This document shows positions 11,940-25,058 of a DNA stretch of 64,000 nucleotides, piece after piece (the stretch's first letter is position 1; each line of letters opens with the position of its first letter). The translations under genes were made by a program, and so were the position numbers. The stretch is from Octopus sinensis (taxonomy: Eukaryota), in contig NC_043003.1 of NCBI RefSeq assembly GCF_006345805.1, positions 30,814,001 to 30,878,000 of the forward strand, written 5' to 3'. The notes below the pieces were generated by a model. The model ran no database searches. It was not told the origin of the DNA and was given only the letters and a program-made list of their open reading frames with translations.

Positions 11940-12288
11940 TCTTTTACTTGCTTCAGTCATTAGACTGTGACCATGTTGGGGCACTGCCTTGAATGGTTGT
12001 AGTTGAAATTGACTTCAGTACTTATTTTTGTAAGCTTGGTACTTTTTTGTCTCTTGCCAAACCACTCCGTTATAAGGACATAAACAAACCAACATCAGTT
12101 GTCAAGTCGTGATGGTGGTGGGGTGCAAACACTAACACAAAGACACACAAACACACACACACACATGACTGGCTTCCACACAGTTGTCATCTACCAAATT
12201 TATTCACATGGCATTGATTGATCTTGGGCTATAGTAGAAGACAGTTGCTCATGGTTGCAAAGTTTCTCAACCAATCAACCATACCTAT
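11940..12288 (-). mobile_element. SINE family B, diverged
   Basis: Reverse-complement match including the internal (CA)n. Confidence 0.75.
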
Positions 12289-12298
12289 AAAAGCATCA

Positions 12299-12337
<39 letters not shown>

Positions 12338-13650
12338 TATATATATACATTGCGGACGCTAAACGATGATGATGATACATATACATACATATATATTTTT
12401 TCCCTTTTTTGTGGAAATCTGTGTATTCATCTATACTGTGATAGGTTATATAATCTAAGCAAATTGGAGGATATTTTCTTGGGTTATATTTAGTAGAACA
12501 AATCAACTAGAAAAACCAAAATAAGAATAATGCAATTTAGCAATGCTTACAGCAGTGTCTAAGCAAAGACCTTGATCACAGATACCGTTCTATTTTTATA
12601 ATATACTTAATGAAATATACATATAAATCATACATGAAAATGAAAATTCATCATAAACTTTTATGACTCATTGACCAATAAGAGAACCTCTACATGGTTG
12701 CTCTGCTTGCTAGACATAGCAGCCAAATTTCCTGCAAATCACACCCAATGTATGTATATGTATTAAAAAGGAAGGACAATGTAAGTTTTGATGTTTCATG
12801 GTTGTGATGTCTTTGAGTAGTGTTTGTTCTATTATGAACCACAGCGGATACGATATATATAATTGTATACTTCAGCATTCTGTAGATATTAAGTAGATTA
12901 AATCACACTTTTGAGTACAACATTTTGTATCTTTTCTCCATTTAGAAAAACTGACGTATCTAGGCATAGCAGTATCAGTATACCGCTGGCTTGTTGATGA
13001 CTAATATCTATATAGTATAAAATATCTATATACTATAAAATAAATTCTCTATGATAAAATTGTTAGGGTATTTATATATATATATCTCCATCCGTGTGTG
13101 TATGTATATCTATCCACACACATACACACACGAACTCTCTCTCTCTGTCTGTCTCTCTCTCTCTCTTAATTAGGCTAGCGATTTTCTCCGTCCTTTCCTT
13201 TTATTAAATGAAGATAAAAAATATTTATGAAAGCAGTCAGGTAGGAAACTAGTTAAACTTCCTTCTATTTCTGTCAGAGACGCTCATTAGTTTTATAGAA
13301 TTGTTACTGATTATGAAGGATGGTCTTATTGATTGCTGAAGCATCTGTTAATATTTCAGTTGTGTGCAATTACATAACACCTGTTCGTCTACCTGTTCAT
13401 TCTCAATCGTTCATTGTCTTTTTAAATGGTTTTGATGAAGATTCTGTTGCTGTTATTGTTGTAGATAGAGCTGTGAATTGTTACAGTACTGGATTACTAA
13501 CTGAAGGGTAATGGGATTTTTTATACTGTCAATGATGCTGTACTATAATTGGCCAGCACCATTGACAGTAACATTCAGTACTAAAGTGATAGCATACTTA
13601 ATATAGTAAACCAAATAATTGTAATTTAGTAAAATTTTATCATTAATAAT

Positions 13651-13870
13651 GGTTTTGAAAATTTGGCAGAAGGCCAGCAGTTTCCATGGGAGAAGGTTAG
13701 TTGATTACATTGACCCCAATATTCAACTGATACTTATTTCATTGACTTCAAAAGGATGAAAAGCAAAGTTGGCCTCCACTGAATTTGAACTCAGAATGTA
13801 AAGAACTGGAAGAAGTGCCACTAAGCATTTTGTCTGTTGTGCTAACTATTCTGCCAGCTTGTCGCTTTAG
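13651..13870 (-). mobile_element. SINE family A subfamily with TSD
   Basis: AAAGGATGAAAAGCAAAGTTG...ATTTGAACTCAGAA; flanking repeat ATTTTATCMTTAATAAT at 13634-13650 and 13871-13887. Confidence 0.85.
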
Positions 13871-14124
13871 ATTTTATCCTTAATAATGGGATTGATTATT
13901 ATCTAAATGACAAATTTTGATCAAAAGAGGTGAGAATACAAAAATCCCTCAAATTTTAACCTATTTAAACAAATTAAATATGGAATGCACTGGTGAGGTG
14001 AGTATAATCTTCAGCTGTATGATGATAGTCCAGTTCTAGCTCTAGCTAAATATATATTTTTTCTAGCTGAGTGAGAGGAAGAATAGTAGAATCTGTGACC
14101 TTATGCAGGATCTCTGAGATCTAT

Positions 14125-14489
14125 TTCTTTTATTGTTTCAGTCATATAACTGCAGACATGCCGGAGCACTGCCTTTAGTCAAACAAATCAACCCCTTAAC
14201 TTATTCTTTGTAAGCTTAGTACTTATTCTATCAGTCTCTTTTGCCGAACTGCTAAGCTATGGGGACATAAACACACCGGTATCGGTTGACAAACACAGAC
14301 ACACATACATATACATATATACATGATGGGCTTCTTTTAGTTTCCGTCTACCAAATCCACCCACAAGGCTTTAGTCAGCCCTAGGCTATAGTAGAAGACA
14401 CTTGCCCATGGTGCCACGCAGAGGGACTGAACCCAGAACTATGTGGTTGGTAAGCAAGCTACTTACCACACAGCCACTCCTTCGCCTAT
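14125..14489 (-). mobile_element. full-length SINE family B
   Basis: Ends CTTACCACACAGCCACTCC (reverse complement of head); both halves present. Confidence 0.92.
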
Positions 14490-15634
14490 GGTGGTGTTGA
14501 GTGGAAAATCATTTTCCAGCATACATTTCTACATAGCATAGTAGTATAGACATGTAGTGTAAACATTCAAACATTGTCACTATTGTGCCAAATCCTGTCA
14601 CATTTCACATGGAATTTTTGGTCCTTCAAATTACCTTGGTGTATAGGTCAACTTACCTTTCTTGGTTGTAAACTTTAATTTGGAAAATATGGTAACTATT
14701 GGGTTGCTTCATTAGGAAGCAATATGCCAAGATAGCAAATTAGGTAGCTGGTCTGGGTCTCCTGTCCTGTATTTTATCCTCTCTCACTATCCCTTTCTCT
14801 CTTTCTTTACTGAAGATACCCATTGTAGGATTCAAACATCTCACTGTTTACTGCAGAGATGAGAGGACACAGTAATTAACTTTTTTATTATTAGCTTACT
14901 GTATGGTCAGATCAACCCTCTCTTCTGGTTATAACTTGGTGAGAGATGATAGTGATGGGTTTCACTTGACTGACATGCTAAATTACATTACATGAAAAAA
15001 TGAGATTTTTAGTTGTTCTTGTATGATCCACTGGATTATGAAGTCCCAAACTTTTATTGAGTAGTTCTGGTTTGCTCTATTTGAATAAGACTGGGAAAGA
15101 TATAGTTGTTAAATAACTCAGGAGAGGCATGCAAGTTCGACACCTTCTGATGTGCTATATTTCTATTTGGAGACCACTCTATATTCTCTCTTGGGCAGTG
15201 GTTGTGTTGTGACTGCTATGTAACAGTCGAGAATAACAATCCATATATGCCCACCCACAATAACTAGGACAGTTTCTTCAGCTTGGTTTGTGACTACCTT
15301 GTGTATTTTGTCATGCTGTTGTTTGAGTGTGACAATCAGGTTTCAGGCATTCATTTCATTGTTCTGTCTAAAAGTAACAGTTGCAGACGTAGTGAAAATG
15401 GATTAATATGAAGTTGTTTTTTTGGATTTAGTAGTGTTAGCAGAATTTGGTCATTATTGTGTTTAGTGAAACTATGTTGTAGTAATGAAGCTATTTTACT
15501 ATGTATGTGTGGGTATATGTATGCAATTGTGGAAATTTTTTTTTTTTTTTAATATTTGCTGCTTCAACAAATTTGTGGGATTATTGATATCTGGCATACG
15601 ATACAAGGTCCCATACATTTGGATGGTCTTGTTT

Positions 15635-15864
15635 TGGTGGTTCTCAACTGGGGTCCATATAACATTTTGCTGTTAAAATTTATGTGCAATAAATTGTTTA
15701 TACTTTTACAATACACAAAATATTTTAATCATTTTATACAATTCCTAATATCTAATTACAAAAATACAGATTTTTTTTTTATATGCATTGAATGTCTCTG
15801 GAGGTCCAGTAATATAAAATGGGAATCCAAAGGGGTCATAGGCAAAAATGGTTGGAAAACACTG
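15635..15864. mobile_element. hAT/Charlie-like MITE
   Basis: Imperfect TIRs TGGTGGTTCTCAAC / GTTGGAAAACACTG; no clear TSD. Confidence 0.55.
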
Positions 15865-16079
15865 GTCTAGTGGTTACATTTGACTGATACTTCTTTTTGT
15901 TTCATCAAAGCTAGAAAGACAAATGGCCTAGCAGGATTTGAACTCAGAATTGAAAGCAATGTAAATAAATACTCTAAGGAATTTTCTCTGTTAGTTTTTT
16001 TACCACCACTCCACTGCTGCCCAATAAATAATTTTGCCAATCCAGTGCATTGTAAGTAATTTTGTGAATACATCATCTT

Positions 16080-16307
16080 TTAACTCTGTAGTGTTTAAAC
16101 TGTCCATATCCGGCCGAAATATTTTACCTGTTTTTCACTTATACTGGCTAGATCTGGCCTCTCATACCTACCCTACAATCTCATTCTAAAAATAGACAAT
16201 CACATCATTGAAATCTTGAAGCAATGAGATAACACATGATAAATTCAAATCAATGTGAATAAACAAGCATTACGTTTGACATAATAATCTGAACGCTAAA
16301 GATTTAA
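16080..16307 (+). mobile_element. TTAA-flanked (piggyBac-like) MITE
   Basis: TTAA at both ends, imperfect TIRs CTCTGTAGTGTT / AACGCTAAAGAT; homologous copies at 28129 and 34076. Confidence 0.75.
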
Positions 16308-16877
16308 GTAATTTGACCAGTTCATTGCCCTATTTTTAAGTACCACCAAAAGAGATACAATACATGCTTGGAGCTGTCAGGAATGCTATAATTGATAAAT
16401 GTTTCATTAGCTTGCAATACTATGCTCCAGTTTCCAATGGTTACATGAGTGTGGATGAATGCTATCAGTAATATGTGTGCTCTCTGTGAATTAAATTTAA
16501 TCTGCAACAAAGTATCACTGTGTGCAGTTATTCTACAGCCCACCTTCTTTTTGATTGTCTTTGAGATCACAATCACCTGGATAAGAGAATAGAACTTAAG
16601 TACTCTTTCTAGCTTCATAGAAAGCTATTTCTGGATTGGATATAATCCTAATTGTTTTATACCCATTTATCTCCTGTTGAATCTTGTTACGGTCCATGTC
16701 ATCTGGTAATACATGAACAGTGCATAAAGCAAACAAGCCAACTTAGTTGGTGTGTAATTTTTTTACACTTTGGACCAGGGACATTTCATCATGCTACTAG
16801 CATTACAGAGGTTGTCAATGGCTAGACCAAAGAATTGATTTTACCCTGCCCTCCTAGATGGGTAGCTTGTGATGTAA

Positions 16878-17200
16878 AGGGTAAAGACTCCCTTTGGTCA
16901 TGAATGGCCATAGAATTGCCCCTAGAAAGTTACCCTCTGAGGCACAAGTCTGAGCAAGGTTCTTTATAGAAGACTAGCAATCCTCTCTCCACACCACTAA
17001 TGTTATTCAAGGAAAAGGCAAAGGCTGATACAGCTTGGCACCAGTGACATCTCAACTCATTTCTACAGCTGAGTGAATTGGAGCAATGTGAAATAAAGTG
17101 TCTTGCTCAAGAACACAACATACAACCAGGTCTGGGAATTGAACTCACTACCTCATGTTTGTAAGCCTGACACTAGAACCACTGAGCTATATGCCTTCAC
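16878..17200 (-). mobile_element. tRNA-derived SINE family D
   Basis: Reverse complement: TAGCTCAGTGG A-box, GAGTTCAATTCCC B-box, then GTGTTCTTGAGCAAGACACTT...CACTCAGCTGTAGAAATGAG. Confidence 0.8.
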
Positions 17201-17844
17201 TTGTGATGTAGCTTAATGGTTATAAGGTATATATATATGCTAGCATGGAAAACGGACGCTAAACGATGATGATATATATATATATATACACACACACACA
17301 GCCTTCTTGTATTTATGAATTCCTTTATTTATGTAGAATATCAACACATGTGGTGCTTATAAATTTGTTTCCAAAATGTTCTCACACACACAGGCACACA
17401 CACACACACCTGAGTAAGTGCATAAATACGAAGCAAGGTGAAAAAAAAAATAGTACTTGAACACTGGAGGTAGAGTAATATGGTTTATTAAAAAAGCTGC
17501 AGTAAGAAAGAGAGAGAGAGAGATAATGATGTAAATAAAAACACAAAAAAATATACATGTATATAAGCAGTTTTATTTCTTTATTTGCATCACTATCTCC
17601 ATGTCTACTTACCTGGATTCCTCTTACAGACACTCTTTACCCTGTAGCCTTAGTCCTTGGTAAAGATTTCAGAATGTAAGTTCAAATCATTTGAATGCTA
17701 CTAAATGTTTTCTATATTGAGCATCTTTGATTCTCATTTGTTGACTCACTCTCTCTCTTTCTGTATATCCACACGACTAAGCAGATAAATGCAAGACAAG
17801 GTGGAAAAAATAGTACTCATATACCGAAGGTAGAATGATAGGCT

Positions 17845-18001
17845 TTTTTACTAAAGCTACAAAGGCATCACAAAAACTGTTACTCAAGAGTTTCCCGTTC
17901 CTCGTTGTGATCAAGAATTCTTGATCACAACTATTCAACAAACAGGAATATGAAACTCTTGAGTAATAATTTTTGTGGTGTTTTTGCTGCTTTAATAAAA
18001 A
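17845..18001. repeat. fold-back element with perfect 28-bp central palindrome, possibly Penelope pLTR-derived
   Basis: GTTGTGATCAAGAATTCTTGATCACAAC (17904-17931) nested within inverted arms containing TTACTCAAGAGTTTC / GAAACTCTTGAGTAA. Confidence 0.8.
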
Positions 18002-18064
18002 AGTATATATATATATGTCTTTTGTCTATTTTCATAAAGCTTCCCGTTATATATATATATATAT

Positions 18065-18096
<32 letters not shown>

Positions 18097-18099
18097 ATA

Positions 18100-18354
18100 T
18101 GCTGGTGACACATAAAAAGGACCATTTGAGTATAACCGATGCCAGTGCTGCCTGACTGGCACCCGTGTTGGTGGCATGTAAAATCACCCACTACACTCTT
18201 GGAGTGATTGGTGTTAGGAAGGGCATCCAGCTGTAGAAACCTTTCCAAATCAGATTGGAGCCTGATACAGCCTCCCAGCTTTCAGTGAAACTGTCCAACC
18301 CATGCCAGCATGGAAAGCAGATGTTAAACGATAACATCAACGATGATGGTGATG
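18100..18354 (+). mobile_element. family C retroposon
   Basis: Two head monomers, AGGAAGGGCATCCAGCTGTAGAAAC, degenerate GAT tail; preceded by (TA)n. Confidence 0.85.
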
Positions 18355-18560
18355 ACACGTTAGCGTGCCAGGCGAGATGCTTAGCGGTATTTCGTCTGTC
18401 GCTACGTTCTGAGTTCAAATTCCGCCGAGGTCAACTTTGCCTTTCATCCTTTTGGGGTCGATAAAGTACCAGTTTTGCACTGGAGGCGATATAATCAACT
18501 CAGTCCCTTCGTCTGTCCTTGTTTGTCCCCTCTATGTTTAGCCCCTTGTGGGCAGTAAAG

Positions 18561-18564
<4 letters not shown>
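18355..18564 (+). mobile_element. SINE family A, 5'-truncated
   Basis: Near-identical to 11137-11346. Confidence 0.9.
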
Positions 18565-18603
<39 letters not shown>

Positions 18604-20037
18604 TATATGCACTCTATAAAATAAATATTTTCCAGAGAAGTAACATTTTGAAGAATCCCAACTTATAAAGATAAAATGAAGTAAAACAAAGAACAAACCC
18701 ATCATACCATTGTATTACATTGCAATAATAGTTTTTTTTGGTGAAATCTTTTTTTTATATAATGCACACACACACCTCACACATATGGTGTCTCTTTTAG
18801 TACACTTTAAAAGGGTAGATGGGGAAAGAGCAAGATGAGAAGAGAAATGGTATATTGATTATTTTACCTTGTTAATGTTTTATGTAAGATCATATATTGA
18901 TCTGAATGTAAAAAATTCATTAATGAATGTAAAAATTGATTTATTCTAACACTTCTGTTTGCTTCATACATTGGTCACCTGTTACATTTTTCTTTACACT
19001 GTTTGCACACAACTGTTAAATCACTTTTAAAGAAAGTATTTATTTCACTTTCATTTATATATTTTAAACAAAACCTTTGTTTCTTTGAATTCGTGGGTTG
19101 GATTGGGAGTCCTGAAATACATCTTACACATTTTGATGATCTGTGGGGCTAGATCTGAAATTAGGTGTGAAGTTTGGGTTCTTCTCATTGAGTATTTAGC
19201 CATTAGAAATCTTTCTTCGCTGTTTTATTTCCAGTTCTTAGCCATCTTCTTTCCAGTTTTCCTGGGACAGTGGAAAGTCTTTCTTTTCTCAGTTACTTTT
19301 CACAGACGTTCCTTCATCATCAGCTCAACATTCATTTTTCTCTTCTCACATGGTTTGGGTGGAATTCTGTTGAGATGGATTATCTATGGCTGGATGCCCT
19401 TCCTGTTGCCTGTTTCCATGCAAGGTAATATTTTTCCATGACCTGTTTGCATTGAAGATTGGAAATGGACACCACTTGCATGACAGTTATACTTGTTTAC
19501 AGTTATCACTTGATGTCAAGGCAAGAAGGCTGCAGCACACACATCTATATACACAAACATGTACACGCACATATATATATATAAATACAAGAGTATTTAT
19601 ATATAGGAGTGTGGTGGTTTAATAAAGTATGTGATTGGGTATTATCTGGTAATTGATATTTGATTTGGATGTATTTCTCCATTTTCTTATTTTGTATTAT
19701 GAATTTGTAGTAAAACATTTTACCTTTGCCCATATAATACAGTAAATGAATTAATTGCATCGCAATTCTTAACATTTATGTATTAACTTTGTTGGGTACT
19801 TCACTAGCAGTATATTGGATATATGTTATCCCATGGAGGGTTGCATTTACAACCCCTATCTCAATTTGTACATATATAAACATATATATATGTATATATT
19901 TATATATATATATATATTTATATATATAAATATCTCTCTCTATATAAATATATACATATATATATGTTTATGTATATGTATGTATATATAAGCAATAATA
20001 AATCTCTGAACGAGGTATAAACAGTAGCTGCACGACA

Positions 20038-20265
20038 ATGTGAAGTATATTTGCCACTTAAATGTTGCTAACAACTAATGGTGGATACTACTGTAGCTTG
20101 TAGCCTCAGGAGAATATCTCCAGCTGGCTATTGAGACACTTTCTGTACCCTATCAGTATTTGCAAAGGGAAGTCAGCTGGAGAAGATGTTCTCCTGGAGC
20201 TACAAGCTACAGTAGCATCCACCCTTAGTGGTTAGCCACATTTAAGTGGCAAATATACTTCACAT
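20038..20265. mobile_element. fold-back/MITE-like element with ~90-bp inverted arms
   Basis: ATGTGAAGTATATTTGCCACTTAAATGT...CCAGCTG vs CAGCTGG...ACATTTAAGTGGCAAATATACTTCACAT. Confidence 0.8.
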
Positions 20266-20368
20266 ATATACATACATATATGATGAGCATCTTTCAGTTT
20301 CTGTTTACCAAATCCACTCAATTATCTGGTCAGGCTGGTTGTGAAGACACTTGCTTCAGACACTATGC

Positions 20369-20513
20369 AAAAAAATTCATCAGCCTTTTTGCCAATGTAG
20401 AACATCAGAACATCAAGTTGAGTGTTTTTTTGTTTCGTAGAGAAAACTCTACAAAACAAAAGAAACACTCAACTTGATGTTCTACATTGGCAAGAAGGTT
20501 GATGAATTTTTTT
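20369..20513. repeat. near-perfect ~145-bp hairpin with 4-nt loop
   Basis: Arms pair up to GTAGAG-AAAA-CTCTAC; left arm has an 8-nt tandem duplication (AGAACATC). Confidence 0.9.
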
Positions 20514-20764
20514 TTTTTAGCTAATGGAAGTTTCTTCTATAAATGATATGGAGTGATGACATTATTTGGCATACTTGTTTGAGCATTAGACAGAATACCT
20601 TGTGATATTGATTCTGAGTCTTTTACATTCCAGTGTCAAACCCTGCTGAAGTCAACATTGCATTTTATTTTGTCTTTTCTGAGTCTATGAAATAAAATAT
20701 CAGTCAGTATAAGTTCCTACCCCAATTCTACTCAAATATAAGGTCTTGTGCCTATGTTGGGAAA

Positions 20765-20787
20765 TACTACTACAACTGCTGCTGCTG

Positions 20788-20825
<38 letters not shown>
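20765..20825. repeat. (CTA)n/(CTG)n microsatellite at the tail of an old family A SINE (~20545-20765)
   Basis: Direct reading. Confidence 0.85.
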
Positions 20826-20827
<2 letters not shown>

Positions 20828-20947
20828 ATTATAGTGACTCCTGTATTTAGCTGGTACTTATTATTTTAATTGACTCAAAAATATGAAGGGGAAAGAAGAT
20901 GCAATGTAATTTGAATTCAGAACCTGAAGAGGACATTACTGTACAAA

Positions 20948-21103
20948 TATTGGTTTCAAATTTTGGCTCAAGGCCAGCAAGTTTGGGAGAGGGGGTAAGT
21001 TGATTACATTGACCTCAGTGCTCAACTGGTACTTATTTTATTGACCCCCGAAAGGATGAAAGGCAAAGTTGATTTCGGTGGAATTTGAACCCAGAATGTT
21101 AAG
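20948..21103 (-). mobile_element. SINE family A, 3' part
   Basis: CCCCGAAAGGATGAAAGGCAAAGTTG...GGAATTTGAACCCAGAA. Confidence 0.85.
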
Positions 21104-22164
21104 AGATGCAACTAAGTCCTACAATCATTTCTACTTGATGCGATGCATTTCTGTAATGTACTCCACGTAATGCTTGCCACTTAATGTAAGCATCATATAG
21201 CAATCCTATAGCAAAAGAGCTCAAACACTGTTCTTGAGTTTTATTCATACTTTGATTTACATCTATGCACTAGAACAGTAAGCATACTCTAGTACCAGAA
21301 ATTTTGGAGGAAAGTCTGAAGTATGTGTCCTTCCATATTTTGTTGACCATATTAAATGTATAGAATAGTTTCTCAACTTATTTTCTGTTCTCTTTTACAG
21401 ACTTAGTTATTTGTATATAACAAATAAAATTTTGTTCAGTTTTTTTCTTTTAGTTAAGTTAATTATTTTTTAAAAACTGTATCATGGCTATGTCAATACC
21501 AGTACACCATATTGAAGTAGTGGCTATCCTATTTTACTGGTATTATGTTGAGTGTTAGACTTAACATGCCACTTACACATCACCATGTGGTTTTCGAGTG
21601 TTTGTAATGGAGATCATTTTATTACAAACATTTGGACCAGATGCCCTTGTCTGCTTATGTCTTAGCAGCAGACATTCACCAGCAGAGAATTAGCCAAGGA
21701 GTAGGGTGGTCTGCAGAGGTCATGAGTACTGCTCTTATTCTGATTGTTGTGTGTTGAAGACCCTTTTATAACTTCAACACACAATGTTTGCTCATTACTA
21801 GTTGATGGAACAAATGAGCTTGTGGAAGCTGCCCTAACTCAGTTTAAATCTCTTTATTGATTCAGAACATTAGAAACTATAGTGGTTTAAAAACATAAAA
21901 AGCCAAATGAAAAGATACAATATAATTTGGCCTTTTGAATAATAATCTTTTGCTACAAAGTGACATTGTACAGAATATAGTGGTTGTTTGTAGTTTGAAG
22001 TTAGCCCTAGCAGAAGATTTCTGGCACTTACCTAGTCAGCTGAACGACTAACTGCATTCCACAGATCCAAAGAACAGGACCACATCAAATATTAACATGC
22101 ATTAGTTTATTACATGTGGTGCAGTGTTTAAGTTTGAACCTGTTGCCCATTGGTCTAGTCTGTA

Positions 22165-22392
22165 TGTCTCTTGTTTTTCATTTGGCTCCAGGTTGATTTT
22201 AATTGAGTTGACTTGTGATCACAATCACTCTAGCCATTATCAGCCCAATTTTAAATTCTTATGCATTTCAAGCAGTGCACTGATTGCATTATCCAAAGTG
22301 GCCCTCTCTTTTCAAGATGGTAGAGTATTATTTGAGAGATGTTTGGCTGCAATTTTTAAAAGGTTAAGTAACAACATAGAGAATATCTTGCT
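22165..22392 (-). mobile_element. family E repeat (second copy at ~22535-22725)
   Basis: TTTGAGAGATGTTTGGCTGCAATTTT, reverse complement of the family core. Confidence 0.6.
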
Positions 22393-22789
22393 AGCTTGCA
22401 TATTTGTAGATTTTGGTGATGATCACAACAATGCCAGGGCAAGGTGAACTTTGAACATATCTGCTGTTTCATTGCATCTATGTGCTCTGTATCAGGATTA
22501 ACCACACTACTGATAATGCTGCTATTAGGATGGAGTTGTTGTTATTTAATCCTAGGTGAGTCCCAATCAAACAGATTTATGATCAATCACAATCCATCTG
22601 TAATATTACTGTCTTTTCAGAAATAGTTTATACAGTACTACATAATTGTATGTTTTTTATAACACATTAAAGTGTGATTTGAAACATTTGGCTGCTGTTT
22701 CAAACCAGCTGAGATTGAATATCATGGTTGCCTGGTGTACTTGTAGGATGCTGTCTGTAAATGTGTTTGAGGGTGTTATAGAAATGTCT

Positions 22790-23460
22790 TTTTTTTTTTG
22801 GTGAGCTAGATATTGTATACAGTGGCAGAGACTGTGATTGTTGAAGCTTACTGCAATAACAAACTGCACACGCTACATATTCCGGTGCTTTTTCAATTCT
22901 AGTATTTTTGTTTGCTTCATTACATAAGCAGTCTATGGGTGTTGTAAGTATGCAACTTGTGATGTTTTGTATTCTTTGTAACTTATGATTTGTTGGGGAG
23001 AAAATGGGGACCCAGGTTGGACTGGCACAATCCATGATGTGTCAGTTGTATAGCTTGTACATTAATGTTGTTGTTTGTAAGTATATTTGTGTGCCATTTG
23101 CTATTATAACTATGTACTGTGAATATCATAGAGCTGTTGTATTAAGTCTTATAGAGAGCTTATATTCTTGTATTTTGAACCAGTTCTCTTCCAATTGGAT
23201 GATGCAAAAACATTAAGCTGAAATAAGGATATAGCCTTGGACAAATAAAGTTTCTAAGGTGATAATTATGGCAAGAAATTTTATACAAACTTATTGCATT
23301 AATCTGATCAGTTGATGACCATTAATGATATCTGCTTGATTTGTACTTGTGAGATATATTGATTTTTCACATGCACACAAGGAGATGATAGATACTATGT
23401 TAAAAAGTATTAATGACATAAGGGAAAGGGAACAAAAGAGGATATAGCTGACAATTGAGA
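22790..23460 (-). pseudogene. highly decayed non-LTR retrotransposon RT, C-terminal half
   Basis: MYKLYN*HIMDCASPTWVPIFSPTNHKLQRIQN...TTPIDCLCNEA matches the Y..irp.ldYa.p.W / kLq.iQN / tp...L..Ea pattern. Confidence 0.6.
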
Positions 23461-25058
23461 AAAATGAGTTGTGAACTTGACTAGTTGAGTGTTTACCTCA
23501 ACTCTTATTGTCCTCTCTGAAAATGAGCAATTTCTTACATAAAGGAAGGAAAAAGATTGAGTGATGTTCATGCTTTTCTCTGGTGTATTTGTAGTGTTAC
23601 TTGAAACAGTTACAACCTACAGCTGAAATCAGGATTGAAATTTGGCTCTTCAAAGTAGAAGTTGAAGCTTATACGTACAATGTGATATTTGTCAGCAGTC
23701 AGTACTTAGCTCCAGTTTCATAGAGATAAATCCCTTCAGGCTGTTTGAAAATACTAGATAATTTGGTGCCTACTCTAAACTGCAATTTGAACCTAGGTAA
23801 TGTAATGTAAAGTGTTCTGTTCAGATCACAGCAAAAATGCCAGCTACAGATTTGAAACTCACGATCCATGTGTAGGTAGTGCATTATTTAACCAACTTAA
23901 CCTCTTTCCTCTGTACTGTGGTGTTCATTGGCAGTTTGTATTCATTTTATAGTACCAGCTATGAACTTGCCTCTGCTTTGTAGAACTTGCTGTAGCCTTA
24001 CCTCTACAATACAATGCTCATCTCTAGCTTACCTATACTGCATAACACTGACCATAAATTTTTCTCTACTGTACAATACTCACCTCTATCTAACTTTAAC
24101 TGTTCAATGCTCACTGCAAATAACCTATTCAACAACTATTTTAGGTTCTCTCCTTCATTTAGTATTTTCAAATGTTTCTTTTTCTGCTTTTTCTTCAAAA
24201 TCTTTACAAATACATTATGAAAATTCATACTTCAGTTATTTTCAATAAATATCTACATATGTTGTTCACCTAATAATTTTTATGAGCCAATTGTGACCTC
24301 CCCTGTGTAACACTTTGTGGATTATTGTTTGAAATGATTTACAAGTTTTGAATGAGTGTAGACATTGAAGGCACAGCTAGAAGCTATTCTATTTGACCCA
24401 TTGCTAATTCATCATGAAGGGGTTGAAAATAACTTATTGTTCCTTTACTCTATAAATCTGGTTTTATGCTTTTGTGGGGAAAAAACAGTTTGCTTATAGA
24501 TTTAATCAATGTTATAGAGTGTTTTTAGAAAAATACATAAACTTATTCAATATCATCATCATTGTTGTTTTAATGTCTACTTTTTCATGCTTGTATGAGT
24601 TAGATGAGAATACATTGAGTATGAGTACAGGAGTAGAACTTACCTTATTTACTTGTGTATAAGCTGCACTGAAGTACAACTCAGACCTGGAGCAAAGCTA
24701 AAACTATGAAGGGAAATTTTGCACCAAGATTCAACATTATTGTATGGGTTCAACTTAGACATGAATAAATATAGTATTTTGTTTGGTAAATTAAAGCAGA
24801 ATTGTATCTCGTGTTGCTTCAGCATAGAACACAGCTGTTGTATGGTATGAACTCACAAACCATGTGCTTCATCATCACACTCATCATCATCATCAACATT
24901 TAATGTCCACTTTTTTATGCTTATTTTGACCAAGTACTCCCATAATTCCTTATTAAGAGGCCATTTTTCTAATAGGAGAATAATTGTCCTCTTAAACCTT
25001 TGTGGTATTGATATTTTGAACATTTCAAGCAGAATCATCATCGATTATACATACATAA

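Noticed and set aside
17120-17200. tRNA-like sequence on the minus strand
   Set aside because: No complete cloverleaf; continues into a SINE body
17606-17616. TACTTACCTGG resembling the U1 snRNA 5' end or a minus-strand donor
   Set aside because: No U1 body follows and no good upstream acceptor on the minus strand
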